DNA of 64,000 bases from Dehalococcoidia bacterium (lineage in GTDB: Bacteria > Chloroflexota > Dehalococcoidia > Lucifugimonadales > G963668185): contig OZ253485.1 of assembly GCA_965261935.1 (NCBI GenBank), forward strand, positions 1,139,005-1,203,004, written 5' to 3'. Shown one piece after another: positions 50,635 to 59,510 of this stretch (position 1 is its first letter; each line of letters starts with the position of its first letter). The position numbers and the translations under genes were made by a program. The notes beneath the pieces are model-generated. The model was not told where the DNA came from. It saw nothing but the letters and a program-made list of their open reading frames with translations, and ran no database searches.

Positions 50635-52608
50635 TTACTTTTCCCAGTCCCACTCGGTGCGGGATGGGTGGGTGTGGTCCGCCCACGCGCTCAGGTACAT
50701 GTCCTGAATCCAGATGCCGGCAGTGAACGCGCCCGGATTCTTCACCCACTCGGGGAACACGTTCTCATTAGTCCAGTTGGGCACTGCCCAGTCGTATTGC
50801 ATTTCGGCAATGTGTCTCTGGATGTCTTCGTACACTACCCGGCGCTTAGTCGGGTCAAGCTCTCTGCGCCCCTTGAGGATCAACTCATCGAGGTAGGGGT
50901 CGTTGGCGCCCCCGGCGTTAAACTCTGAGTCGCTGTAGTATCGGTTGTAGAACAACGTGTCCGGCTCCCTGGAGCCGGTCGAGTCGTACCTTACAGCCAA
51001 GCCGGTGTAGTCGCCGGATAGGACGGACTGGAACTCGGCTTGATCCACGCCCAGTATCTCAGCCTCGATGCCGATCTTGGCTAAGTCGGCCACTATTCGG
51101 GTGGCGATGTCCAAGATTGCCGTATCCGGCTGTTGGATAGACATCGTGGTCTTGATCGGCTCGTCCGGGTCCAGACCCAACTCTATCTTGCCCTCGCGGA
51201 TGTATTGTTGGGCCAGTTCCAAGTTCAAGGTGTTATCAGGGAAATTCGTGTAGAACTGCTGGCCGTCAGGCGTAAGTTCTTCTGTGGGAACGTACCAAGG
51301 ATTGTCCAGGGCGGCCCAGCGCGCGGGCTGAACACCGCCGCAGCACGGTGCCCAGGCTTCGAAGCTGATGTCGTTGTACATCGCGACGCCCCAGCGGATC
51401 TTCTTGTTCAGCCAAGGGCCTTCCAGCTTGGGACCGTAGAAGTACGTGGTCCAAGCACCTCCGCCGGCCGGATGGTAGTTGTACAGCAGTTCAGGCTTGT
51501 CCAACCACGTAATCATGTTGTCTTTGAGCGCGCCCCACGCGCCCCAGATCTGCCACGCGGGCCCTGCGTCCAGCAGGCCGGCCCTATACGCGGCAATAGC
51601 GGCCGGCTCGTCCGGTATAACTATGCCGTGGATCTGCTCAACGTACGGGTAGTCCTCGCCGGTTACTCCATTGGGGCCTCGCCAGTAGTCCTCGTGCCGC
51701 AACTGGGTGATCTGGGTCCCGACATCGTAGGACTCCATGTACCACGGGCCCGTCCTGATGGTCGCCTCCCAATCGTCAAGGCCGCCGAACTCCTCTTCCG
51801 CCTCGGGCGGCTGGATCGCGTAAAACGTTACGCCGATTACGGTCATGAACGGAGCAAAAGGTTCCTCGAACTTGAACTCGACTGTGTAGTCGTCCAGCGC
51901 GGTGATACTGGTCAGAGGACCCAACGGGCCTCCGTAGCGCCCTCCGGGGCGGAGCCGCCGCTCGAAGCTGTATACCACATCGTCGGCCACCATTTCACGT
52001 CCGTTGACAGGCGGTTTGTCGGAGAACTTCACACCCTGCCGCAAAGCAAATCTTATTGTCGTGTCGTCCACGAACTCCCAGGACTCCGCGAGACTGGGGA
52101 GGGATCTGAGGTCCCAAGGCTCCATCGGGTTGTCGGCACGATAGCGGACCAGCGTGTCTGCCATTAACCTTTCGGGAGCAGTGGGGTACCGCTTGTCAGT
52201 GTCCCATGTAGTGTAGTCATTTCCACGCAGCCTGAGCACGCTGTTCTTGTTGGGCGGGTCGTCCGTCCAAACGGATATCCCTCGGGCCTTGAAGATGTTG
52301 TCTTCGTTGATCTCAGATGCGGACTGTATGGAAATCTCTCCAACGACCGGCGCAGCTACGTACTCACCTTCTTCGATTACGTCTTCAGGCTCCACAGCAA
52401 CCATGGACTCGTCGGTCTCCTCCATGGTTTCTTCAGCCATCGTGTCTTCGGCCGCCATGGAGTCGTCGTCCTCTTCCATCGACTCATCCGTACTCGTGAC
52501 CTCGTCAGGCTCCTCCTCTTCGGCGGCTCCGCAGGCCACGGCACCCATGAGGAGCAGGACAACGGCCAAGGACCCGGCTAGGTGCCAAAACGCTCGCCAC
52601 TTCTTCAT
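50635..52608 (-). CDS. ABC transporter substrate-binding lipoprotein, family 5 (peptide/opine/nickel type), with an acidic Met-rich tether
   Basis: Lipobox AVACG, then EEEEPDEVTSTDESMEEDDDSMAAEDTMAEETMEETDESM, then a family-5 SBP core (PPVNGREMVADDVVYSFERRL). Confidence 0.8.
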   Translation of the reverse strand: MKKWRAFWHLAGSLAVVLLLMGAVACGAAEEEEPDEVTSTDESMEEDDDSMAAEDTMAEETMEETDESMVAVEPEDVIEEGEYVAAPVVGEISIQSASEINEDNIFKARGISVWTDDPPNKNSVLRLRGNDYTTWDTDKRYPTAPERLMADTLVRYRADNPMEPWDLRSLPSLAESWEFVDDTTIRFALRQGVKFSDKPPVNGREMVADDVVYSFERRLRPGGRYGGPLGPLTSITALDDYTVEFKFEEPFAPFMTVIGVTFYAIQPPEAEEEFGGLDDWEATIRTGPWYMESYDVGTQITQLRHEDYWRGPNGVTGEDYPYVEQIHGIVIPDEPAAIAAYRAGLLDAGPAWQIWGAWGALKDNMITWLDKPELLYNYHPAGGGAWTTYFYGPKLEGPWLNKKIRWGVAMYNDISFEAWAPCCGGVQPARWAALDNPWYVPTEELTPDGQQFYTNFPDNTLNLELAQQYIREGKIELGLDPDEPIKTTMSIQQPDTAILDIATRIVADLAKIGIEAEILGVDQAEFQSVLSGDYTGLAVRYDSTGSREPDTLFYNRYYSDSEFNAGGANDPYLDELILKGRRELDPTKRRVVYEDIQRHIAEMQYDWAVPNWTNENVFPEWVKNPGAFTAGIWIQDMYLSAWADHTHPSRTEWDWEK

Positions 52609-52674
52609 AAGACCCTCCTTGCCGTTCTTGATTCGCTGTCCTGGATTCCCCCTACGTCTTGTGAGTGAAACCCT

Positions 52675-54684
52675 TTACTCCTCCCACTCCCACTTGGACC
52701 TGGACGCGTGGCTATCATCCACCCACGCCGTCAGGTACATGTCCTGTATCCAGCGGCCGGTTGTGAACGGGCCGGGGTTCTTGACCCACTCAGGGAACAC
52801 GTTCTCGTTGGTCCAGTTCGGGACCGCCCAGTCGTACTGCATTTCGGCCAAATACATCTGTATTTCCCTGTAGACCTGTTCTCTTTGTGCCGGGTCCAGT
52901 GTTGACTGGCCCTGAATGATCAAATCATCCAGGTGTGGGTCGTTGGTGCCAGGCTGATTCAGTTCGGACTCGCTGTGAAAGCGATTGTAGAACAGGGTGT
53001 TGGGGTCTTTGGCCGGAGTGACATACTGAACGACAAGTCCTGTGAAGTCGCCTGCAACGACGGACTGGAACTCATTCTGGTCGTTGGCAACAATCTCCGC
53101 TTCGATGCCGATTTTAGCCAGGTCCGCCACTATGCGGGTTGCGATGTCGAGTATCGCCGTATCAGGCTGCGCGATGGTCATCGTGGTCTTGATCGGCTCG
53201 TCCGGGTCCAGCCCCAGCTCCATCTTGCCCTCCCGGACATACTGCTGCGCTTTCTCCAAGTCCAGGGTGTTTTCCGGGAAGTTCGTGTAGAACTGGGCGC
53301 CGTCCGGCGTCAGGTCCTCGGTGGAAACGAACCACGGGTTGTCCAAGGCGGCCCAGCGAGTGGGCTGAGCGCCACCGCAGCAGGGCGCCCACGCCTCAAA
53401 GCTGATGTCGTTGTACATCCCCACGCCCCACCGGATCTTCTTGTTGACGAACGGACCCTCCAGCTTGGCGCCGTAGTAGTAGGTGGTCCAGGCGCCACCG
53501 CCAGCCGGATGGTAGTTGTAGACCAGTTCAGGCTTGTCCAGGAACGTGATCATCTGGTCTTTCAGAGCGCCCCACGCGCCCCAGATCTGCCAGGCCGGCC
53601 CAGCGTCGAGCAGGCCGGACCTGTAGGCAGCTACTGCTGAGGCCTCTTCCGGGATCACCACGCCGAATATCTTGGAGGCGTACGGAAGGTCCTCGCCGGT
53701 TACACCGTTCGGCCCCCTCCAGTAGTTATCGTTCCTGACCTGTGTTGTCAGCGTGCCAACCTCATAGGCCTCCATTTCCCATGGGCCGGTCCTGATGGCG
53801 GCCTCCCAGTCGTCCAGCCCACCGAACTCCTCCTCCGCCTCCGGCGGCTCTATTGCATAGGGAGTGATCCCGATCACGGTCATGAACGGAGCAAAGGGCC
53901 TCGAAAACTTGAACTCCACCGTGTAGTTGTCCAGCGCCGTGATGCTCTCGACAGGACCCAGCACCGCGCCGTGGCGGCCACCGGGCCGCAGACGCCGCTC
54001 GAAGCTGTACACGACGTCTTCGGCCACCAATTCACGTCCGTTCACGGGGGGCAGGTCCGCCCAGAGCACGCCCTGCCGCAGCGAGAACCTGATGGTCGTG
54101 TCGTTCACGAACTCCCAGGACTCAGCCAGACCGGGCAGCGGCCTCAGGTCCCAGGGCTCCATCGGGTTGTCCGCCCGGAAGCGAACCAGTGTGTCATCCA
54201 TCAGGCGCTGGGGAGCCGTAGGCGTGCCTCTCTTGTCACTGTCCCAGGACGGATAGTCTGTGCCCCGCAGCCTGAGAATGCTGTCCTTGTTGGGGGGCGC
54301 GTCCGTCCAAACGGAGAGGCCGCGAGCCTTGAAGATGTTGTCCTCGTTGATCTCGGAAGCGGACGTAATGTAGATCTCACCGACAACCGGCTTGGCTATG
54401 TAAACGCCGGATTCGTCTTCAACCGCTTCGAACTCGGTGTCCTCCGCGGCCATGGAATCGTCAGTCTCTTCCATGGTGTCTTCAGCGGCCATGGAATCGT
54501 CCGCTTCATCCATGGTGTCCTCGGCGGCCATGGAATCGTCTGCCTCTTCCATGGTGTCTTCCGTGGTTGTGACCTCGTCCGGCTCATCCTCTTCGGCGGC
54601 CCCGCACGCGGCTACCGCGAAGATAAGTGCGAATAAAGCCAGCAACCCGGCAAGCTTAAGAGTTATCTGCTTCGTGAAGTGCAT
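52675..54684 (-). CDS. ABC transporter substrate-binding lipoprotein, family 5; tandem paralogue of the downstream gene
   Basis: ORF 52675..54810. ATG 54684 follows GGGAGGG. Lipobox VAACG. Three 13-aa acidic repeats, and a core alignable to the neighbour along its full length. Confidence 0.8.
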   Translation of the reverse strand: MHFTKQITLKLAGLLALFALIFAVAACGAAEEDEPDEVTTTEDTMEEADDSMAAEDTMDEADDSMAAEDTMEETDDSMAAEDTEFEAVEDESGVYIAKPVVGEIYITSASEINEDNIFKARGLSVWTDAPPNKDSILRLRGTDYPSWDSDKRGTPTAPQRLMDDTLVRFRADNPMEPWDLRPLPGLAESWEFVNDTTIRFSLRQGVLWADLPPVNGRELVAEDVVYSFERRLRPGGRHGAVLGPVESITALDNYTVEFKFSRPFAPFMTVIGITPYAIEPPEAEEEFGGLDDWEAAIRTGPWEMEAYEVGTLTTQVRNDNYWRGPNGVTGEDLPYASKIFGVVIPEEASAVAAYRSGLLDAGPAWQIWGAWGALKDQMITFLDKPELVYNYHPAGGGAWTTYYYGAKLEGPFVNKKIRWGVGMYNDISFEAWAPCCGGAQPTRWAALDNPWFVSTEDLTPDGAQFYTNFPENTLDLEKAQQYVREGKMELGLDPDEPIKTTMTIAQPDTAILDIATRIVADLAKIGIEAEIVANDQNEFQSVVAGDFTGLVVQYVTPAKDPNTLFYNRFHSESELNQPGTNDPHLDDLIIQGQSTLDPAQREQVYREIQMYLAEMQYDWAVPNWTNENVFPEWVKNPGPFTTGRWIQDMYLTAWVDDSHASRSKWEWEE
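54448..54564 (-). repeat. Three perfect-period 39-bp tandem repeats inside the SBP gene, encoding the DDSMAAEDTMxEx tether
   Basis: Plus-strand units start with GGCCATGGAATCGTC at 54448, 54487 and 54526. Confidence 0.85.
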
Positions 54685-54808
54685 GTGACCCTCCCAGGTT
54701 GATGTCAGGTACCTACAATCACGCCTAATCCTCCACGGCCTCGCAGTGCCGTTGAAGGATTCTCGCCGCCGCGCCTTGTGGTCCCTTCTTCTATTATGCG
54801 TTGGGCAC

Positions 54809-54836
54809 ACTATACGAACAAGAATCGCAGTGTCAA
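54809..54836 (-). promoter_or_regulatory. Candidate sigma70-type promoter for the SBP/permease transporter unit
   Basis: On the minus strand: TTGACA (54836-54831), 16-nt spacer, TATAGT (54814-54809), about 120 nt upstream of ATG 54684. Confidence 0.5.
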
Positions 54837-54850
54837 ATTAGTTAAACTAT

Positions 54851-56329
54851 TCACAAAGCGACGGGAGGCAACTTGCCTCGAGCGGGCGACTCCTGTTCAT
54901 ATCGGCTCGCGATGCCGTAAAGCAGCGGCTCTTCGAATGGCCGGCCAATGAGCTGCAGGCCGGCCGGCAACCCATTCTCCGCAAACCCGGCGGGGACCGT
55001 TATGGAGGGCAGGCCGGTGGTGTTGGAAAGTCGCGTGTTTCGCGAGGCTATGTTCTGGAACCGGGCCGCGTGGACCGGCGGGACGCCGCCCTCCGGGCCG
55101 CGTGCGCCGAGGTCCATCGCGGGCACTGTAACTCCCCCCACGTCCATGGAGTGAGCGTCCTTGCGGAACGCGGTGATGGGCACGGTGGGCGTTGCGAGCA
55201 CGTCGACGTCCTGGAGGATACGGTAGAAGTCCTGCATGATAAGCCGCTGCGCCTTCATGGACTTCACATAGTCGCGGGCGAGTACGAACTGACCGGCCAA
55301 AAGGCGGTGCAGCATCTCTGGCCGATATAGATGCCTCCTGCTCTCCAGGTAAGGTTCGTGCGTGACGAAGCCCTCGGCGGCCATCCCGATGTACATGAGG
55401 TTAATAAACTCCACGCACTCGATGTCCACGGGCCGAACGTCCGCGCCCATGTCTTCAAGCTTGGTGATGGCGGCGCGCACAAGGGCCTCCACACAAGGGT
55501 CGAGCGGAGTGGCGAAGTAATGCGCGGCTGGAACGCCAACTTTGATCCCGGACAGGTCGCGCCCAAGCTCTGCGCAGAAGTCAGGCACGGGAACCGGCAC
55601 CGAGCTCGGGTCCAGCGGGTCGCTGCCCGCAATCGCCTGCAAGACCAGTGCATTGTCCCGAACGCTCCGGGTCATGGGTGCGATATGGTCACCATTGAAG
55701 CTGGTTGCCAGCAACCCCCTCTGGCTTACACGGCCGAACGTCTGCTTCATGCCCACGATTCCCGACATCGCGCATGGAATCCGGACCGAGCCGCCCAGGT
55801 CCGTGCCCAAGGACGCAAACGTCACGCAGGCCGCCACGTTGGCGCCGCTGCCTCCACTCGATCCACCCGCGACGTAGTCCGGGTCCCAGGGATTCGAAAC
55901 CGAGCCGTAGTAAGGATTGTCGCAGGGCACGCCCCCTGCAAACTCGTGGAGGTTCTCCTTGCCCAGGATGATTGCCCCGGCGCTCTTGAGCCGCTCCACG
56001 GCGTACGCGTCTGAGTCAGGTACGTGATCTTCGAACACTCTTGACCCGATCGTGGTCAGGACGCCTTCCGTGGCGATGTTGTCTTTCAGGCCAACGGGGA
56101 TGCCGTCCAAGGGCCCGCGATAGCCGCCGTTCGAGATCGAGCGCTCTCGCTCTGCCGCCTCTTCGAGGGCAGCCTCGGCCCGAAGGGTTATGAATCCCTT
56201 TAGCAGGGGCTGGAGTCGCTCGGCCTGCTCGATGGCGGCCCTGGCGACCTCTACGGGCGAGACGGCACCCGACTCAATCATGGGCGCGACCTCGGAGATG
56301 GTCATCGTCAGCAGTTCATTAGCGGCCAT
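54851..56329 (-). CDS. Amidase-signature enzyme (GatA/AtzE-like)
   Basis: GGSSGGSGANVAA amidase signature and a Ser-cisSer-Lys context; 492 aa. Confidence 0.85.
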   Translation of the reverse strand: MAANELLTMTISEVAPMIESGAVSPVEVARAAIEQAERLQPLLKGFITLRAEAALEEAAERERSISNGGYRGPLDGIPVGLKDNIATEGVLTTIGSRVFEDHVPDSDAYAVERLKSAGAIILGKENLHEFAGGVPCDNPYYGSVSNPWDPDYVAGGSSGGSGANVAACVTFASLGTDLGGSVRIPCAMSGIVGMKQTFGRVSQRGLLATSFNGDHIAPMTRSVRDNALVLQAIAGSDPLDPSSVPVPVPDFCAELGRDLSGIKVGVPAAHYFATPLDPCVEALVRAAITKLEDMGADVRPVDIECVEFINLMYIGMAAEGFVTHEPYLESRRHLYRPEMLHRLLAGQFVLARDYVKSMKAQRLIMQDFYRILQDVDVLATPTVPITAFRKDAHSMDVGGVTVPAMDLGARGPEGGVPPVHAARFQNIASRNTRLSNTTGLPSITVPAGFAENGLPAGLQLIGRPFEEPLLYGIASRYEQESPARGKLPPVAL

Positions 56330-56540
56330 TATCTTTGACCTCCGGATACAGGGCGATTATGCGTCCGGAGACCACGCCGGACAGGTCCATACCATCGAAT
56401 CGCCTGGCGGCACGTGCGTAGGCTTGCACGATCGGAACTGCGGCGTCCAGTTCACTTTCGGTCAACGGCATGATGTCGAAGTCTTGCATCATTCGTCGGA
56501 GCGTTTCTCTTCCCACGGTTGGTTCGGTTGGTTCCTGCAT
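56319..56540 (-). CDS. Small protein translationally coupled to the amidase, possible AtzG/GatC-like partner
   Basis: ORF 56319..56603. ATG 56540 follows GGAG and lies after the upstream stop. 73 aa. Its stop overlaps the amidase start by 11 nt (gatATGgccgcTAA). Confidence 0.5.
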   Translation of the reverse strand: MQEPTEPTVGRETLRRMMQDFDIMPLTESELDAAVPIVQAYARAARRFDGMDLSGVVSGRIIALYPEVKDNGR

Positions 56541-56580
56541 TTGCGCTCCATTCCAGCCGGTGCCGCTTGCCAGCGTCCGG

Positions 56581-57537
56581 CTAATAGCCTTTGCTCTTGT
56601 CAATCACACTCGAGAGGGCGTCTCCGTCCAAGAGTCTCCTCAGGTTCTCGCAGAACAGGTCCACGATGCGGTCGCCCCTGACCGGAGAGCCGCCGGCCGT
56701 GTGTGGCGTGACCACGACGTTGCTCATTCGCCAAAGCGGGTTGTCTTCCGGCAGAGGTTCCTGCGGCGTAACATCCAACCCGGCTCCGCCGATGACGCCG
56801 TTGGAGAGAGCGTTCAACAGCGCCGCTTCGTCCACGATCTTACCTCGCGTTACGTTAATCAACAGCGCGTGGCTTCTCATCCGCGCGAAAGCGCTTTCGT
56901 CGAACATGCCCTCGGTCTCGGGAGTGAGCGGCGCGCAGACCGCCACCACATCGGATTCCTCAAGGAGGTTGTCAAACGCCTCCATTCCCTTACACGCCTC
57001 TACCTGCGGGGGCACTTCGACGGATTGAGGGTCCACGGCGACGATCCGCATACCAAAGGCGTGGGCTCGAACGGCCAGATCTCGGCCGGTGCCGCCGAGG
57101 CCGACGATGCCCATGGTCAGACCCTCGAGCTCCCATGAGACGTCTCTAATGGGCATGCGCTGGTCCCAACGCGGGTTGCGAATCGCGGTGGCGATGCCGC
57201 GAGTCAAGGCGAGCAACAACGCCATGGCGTGATCGGCCAGGTGGACTCCCACGATACCCTTGGCGCTGGTAAGTACCACATCGCTCTCAACGAACTGCGG
57301 GAACAGGACCGAGTCCACACCGGCACTAGTCGCCTGTACCCATCGCAGCCTGCGGGCGCGTTCGAGCATCGCAGGCGTGAGCGTGCCGAACACTACGTCT
57401 ACGTCGGGCATCGCCTCCAAGACCTCTCCTTCGGATGGCAGGTCAAGCAAGTCGATATCGGAAGACACGGCCTTGATTTGCTCAATATGCCGAGCTTCAA
57501 CTCCGTCTTCGGACCTCAAGTTTAGCAGGATGTTCAA
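56581..57537 (-). CDS. D-isomer-specific 2-hydroxyacid dehydrogenase family protein (NAD-binding)
   Basis: GIVGLGGTGRDLA Rossmann motif, NVTRGKIVDE, LDVTPQEPLP and TPHTAG. TTG 57537 lies 7 nt after GGAGG; the ORF track extends to 57717. Confidence 0.75.
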   Translation of the reverse strand: MNILLNLRSEDGVEARHIEQIKAVSSDIDLLDLPSEGEVLEAMPDVDVVFGTLTPAMLERARRLRWVQATSAGVDSVLFPQFVESDVVLTSAKGIVGVHLADHAMALLLALTRGIATAIRNPRWDQRMPIRDVSWELEGLTMGIVGLGGTGRDLAVRAHAFGMRIVAVDPQSVEVPPQVEACKGMEAFDNLLEESDVVAVCAPLTPETEGMFDESAFARMRSHALLINVTRGKIVDEAALLNALSNGVIGGAGLDVTPQEPLPEDNPLWRMSNVVVTPHTAGGSPVRGDRIVDLFCENLRRLLDGDALSSVIDKSKGY

Positions 57538-57553
57538 ATGCAAACCTCCCCTG

Positions 57554-58375
57554 TTAGCCGGGCGGACTGTCCTCGCCTGCGGGCGGCGCGTTGAGTTCGC
57601 CTCTTTTGGAAGCCTGCCACAGCGCTTCCTTCTCGTCCATGGAAACGTCACCCAGTGAAAGGCCGCGTCCGTTAACAGTCTGCTCCATTTCACTGAAGCG
57701 GTGCCGGAACCGGGCATTGGCGCCCCTGAGCGCGGACTCGGCGTCGATGCTCATCCAACGGGCGGCGTTCACCAAGGAGAAGAGGACATCGCCCAGCTCG
57801 GCCTCCCTCTCGGCGTCAGTCTCCGCCGTCCTCAGTTCGGCAACCTCTTCTGTCAACTTGTCGAAGACGCCTTCCACACCGTTCCAATCGAATCCCTGCC
57901 GGGCGGCTCGCTCCTGTACCGAAAGGGCGTAAGCCAGAGCTGGCATGCTTCTGGGCACGCCATCCAGCGAGGAAGCGCTGACCTCCGATCTCTCGGAGCG
58001 CTTGATGACTTCCCACTGACGCTTCACTTCGTCCGGCGTGTACGCTTCGGCGTCGCCAAACACGTGTGGGTGACGGCGGACTATCTTGTCGATCAGCCCG
58101 CCGAACACGTCTGCGGGGCCGAAGACTTCGGACTCGGCAGCTAACTCGATCTGGAAGGACAGGTTAATCGCTACGTCTCCCAGCTCCTCAGCCAGCGCAT
58201 TGGCGTCGCCAGACTCGATGGCCTCCAGGAGTTCGTAGCACTCCTCCAAGAGTCCGGCCTTGAGCGAATCGTGGGTCTGCTCACGGTCCCACGAGCAGCC
58301 TTCGGGGCTGCGCATGAACGCCGTTAGCTTCAGTACGCCCTCGAAAGTGTCAGGGAAGTCGCTCCGGTTTGTCAT
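57554..58375 (-). CDS. mazG: MazG-family nucleoside triphosphate pyrophosphohydrolase (tandem MazG domains)
   Basis: EECYELLEAIE and ELGDVLFSLVNAARW motifs in two repeats. Start at ATG 58375. Confidence 0.8.
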   Translation of the reverse strand: MTNRSDFPDTFEGVLKLTAFMRSPEGCSWDREQTHDSLKAGLLEECYELLEAIESGDANALAEELGDVAINLSFQIELAAESEVFGPADVFGGLIDKIVRRHPHVFGDAEAYTPDEVKRQWEVIKRSERSEVSASSLDGVPRSMPALAYALSVQERAARQGFDWNGVEGVFDKLTEEVAELRTAETDAEREAELGDVLFSLVNAARWMSIDAESALRGANARFRHRFSEMEQTVNGRGLSLGDVSMDEKEALWQASKRGELNAPPAGEDSPPG

Positions 58376-58458
58376 GTGGCCTCTCACTCAGCTTGTTACG
58401 ATGTGCCGGCGGTGCGGCGAACCACACGAGCCGCCCAGCAGGCCCGGTCGAATACTTT

Positions 58459-59214
58459 ATGCCCAGACCAAACTTTGCTTCGATCTTGAGCGGATCCATA
58501 GCCGCTCTGTTTGTGGTCGCCGTGCCCTTATTCCTCATCGCGGTCAGCGCGAGGTGGGTTATCAACGCCCCCATACTTTACAGTTTTGGGTTCGACAGAC
58601 ACCAGGTGGCGGCGTACACCGGCATCGAGCGGGACCAGTTGCTATCGGCCGGGCGGCAGATAAGAGACTACTTCAACGGGAACGAAGAGTACCTGGACGT
58701 CCGGATACGGGTCCGCGGAGTCAGATGGAGCATCTACAACGAACGGGAAGTGCTGCACATGAAGGACGTTCGGGTCCTCGTGAGGGGCGTGTACCGCGTC
58801 TCGGAAGCCGCCGGTGCGTTCATGCTTGTGTACGCGCTGGCGAGCTTGGCGTTGGCGGGCCGCCAAGGTTTGCCAAGGCTGCTCAGGCTGCTGCGGCTTG
58901 GCGGAGTGCTGACCCTGGCGATCGTAGTCGGTCTCGGCTTAGCCTCGCTGATTGGGTTCGAGAGGCTGTTCCTAGCGTTCCACTTCGTGTCGTTCTCAAA
59001 CGACCTCTGGCAGCTAGACCCCCGGACCGACTACCTAGTCAAGATGTTCCCGGAGGGATTCTTCCTCGACGCCACGCTCTGGATAGCGGGCTCGGCAATC
59101 CTGGGGGCGCTGGCCTTCATGGTGGGGCCAACTATCGCACTGTGGCGGCTCTCAGGCGGTCAAGCCACGCAGATTGCCCGACCGGTGCGTCCCACGAGGG
59201 AGACGGGAGACTAG
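58459..59214 (+). CDS. TIGR01906/DUF1461-type integral membrane protein (Lit-like lipoprotein intramolecular transacylase family)
   Basis: ORF 58369..59214. Start at ATG 58459. TM-loop-3TM layout with a loop motif EREVLHMKDVRVL. Confidence 0.6.
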   Translation: MPRPNFASILSGSIAALFVVAVPLFLIAVSARWVINAPILYSFGFDRHQVAAYTGIERDQLLSAGRQIRDYFNGNEEYLDVRIRVRGVRWSIYNEREVLHMKDVRVLVRGVYRVSEAAGAFMLVYALASLALAGRQGLPRLLRLLRLGGVLTLAIVVGLGLASLIGFERLFLAFHFVSFSNDLWQLDPRTDYLVKMFPEGFFLDATLWIAGSAILGALAFMVGPTIALWRLSGGQATQIARPVRPTRETGD

Positions 59215-59447
59215 GTGCGGGCCGCGCAGGCGCAGCCACCACCACCACCGCCGCAGCATCCGCCGCCACCGGCGATAGCCCTGGTCTCGCCGTTCGAGCC
59301 TGTCGAATACGACGAGAAGACGGATAGTTTGCGGTCAGATTCGCCCTGGCATTCCGGGCAAGGCGCCGGATCGTCCATGCGGGTTATCGGGCGTAGCTTC
59401 TCAAAGGTGTGTGTGCAGGCAACGCATGTGTATTCGTATAGGGGCAT
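59211..59447 (-). CDS. FmdB-family zinc-ribbon protein (CxxC_CxxC_SSSS) with a Gly/Cys-rich C-terminal tail
   Basis: MPLYEYTCVACTHTFE...CPECQG, then a tail GGGGCCGGGGGGCACA. RBS GGAG. Confidence 0.75.
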   Translation of the reverse strand: MPLYEYTCVACTHTFEKLRPITRMDDPAPCPECQGESDRKLSVFSSYSTGSNGETRAIAGGGGCCGGGGGGCACAART

Positions 59448-59481
59448 GGGGTTACTCCGGTTTCATACTTGCAGAAATCTC

Positions 59482-59510
59482 ATTGTATTGGCGGGTTGGC
59501 CGCATGGCAA
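59482..59510 (-). promoter_or_regulatory. Candidate sigma70-type promoter for the FmdB-family gene
   Basis: On the minus strand: TTGCCA (59510-59505), 17-nt spacer, TACAAT (59487-59482), about 35 nt upstream of the ATG. Confidence 0.5.

Noticed and set aside
51133-53640. Plus-strand ORFs 51133..52167 (344 aa) and 52933..53640 (235 aa)
   Set aside because: They are antisense to the two well-supported SBP genes. Their composition is Arg/Val/Gly-rich and they have no RBS or motifs.
58260-59327. 355-aa plus-strand ORF spanning the mazG start and the Lit-like gene
   Set aside because: It is an alternative frame of the membrane protein gene and is extremely Arg/Ala/Gly-rich. The membrane-protein frame has a coherent TM topology and a family motif.
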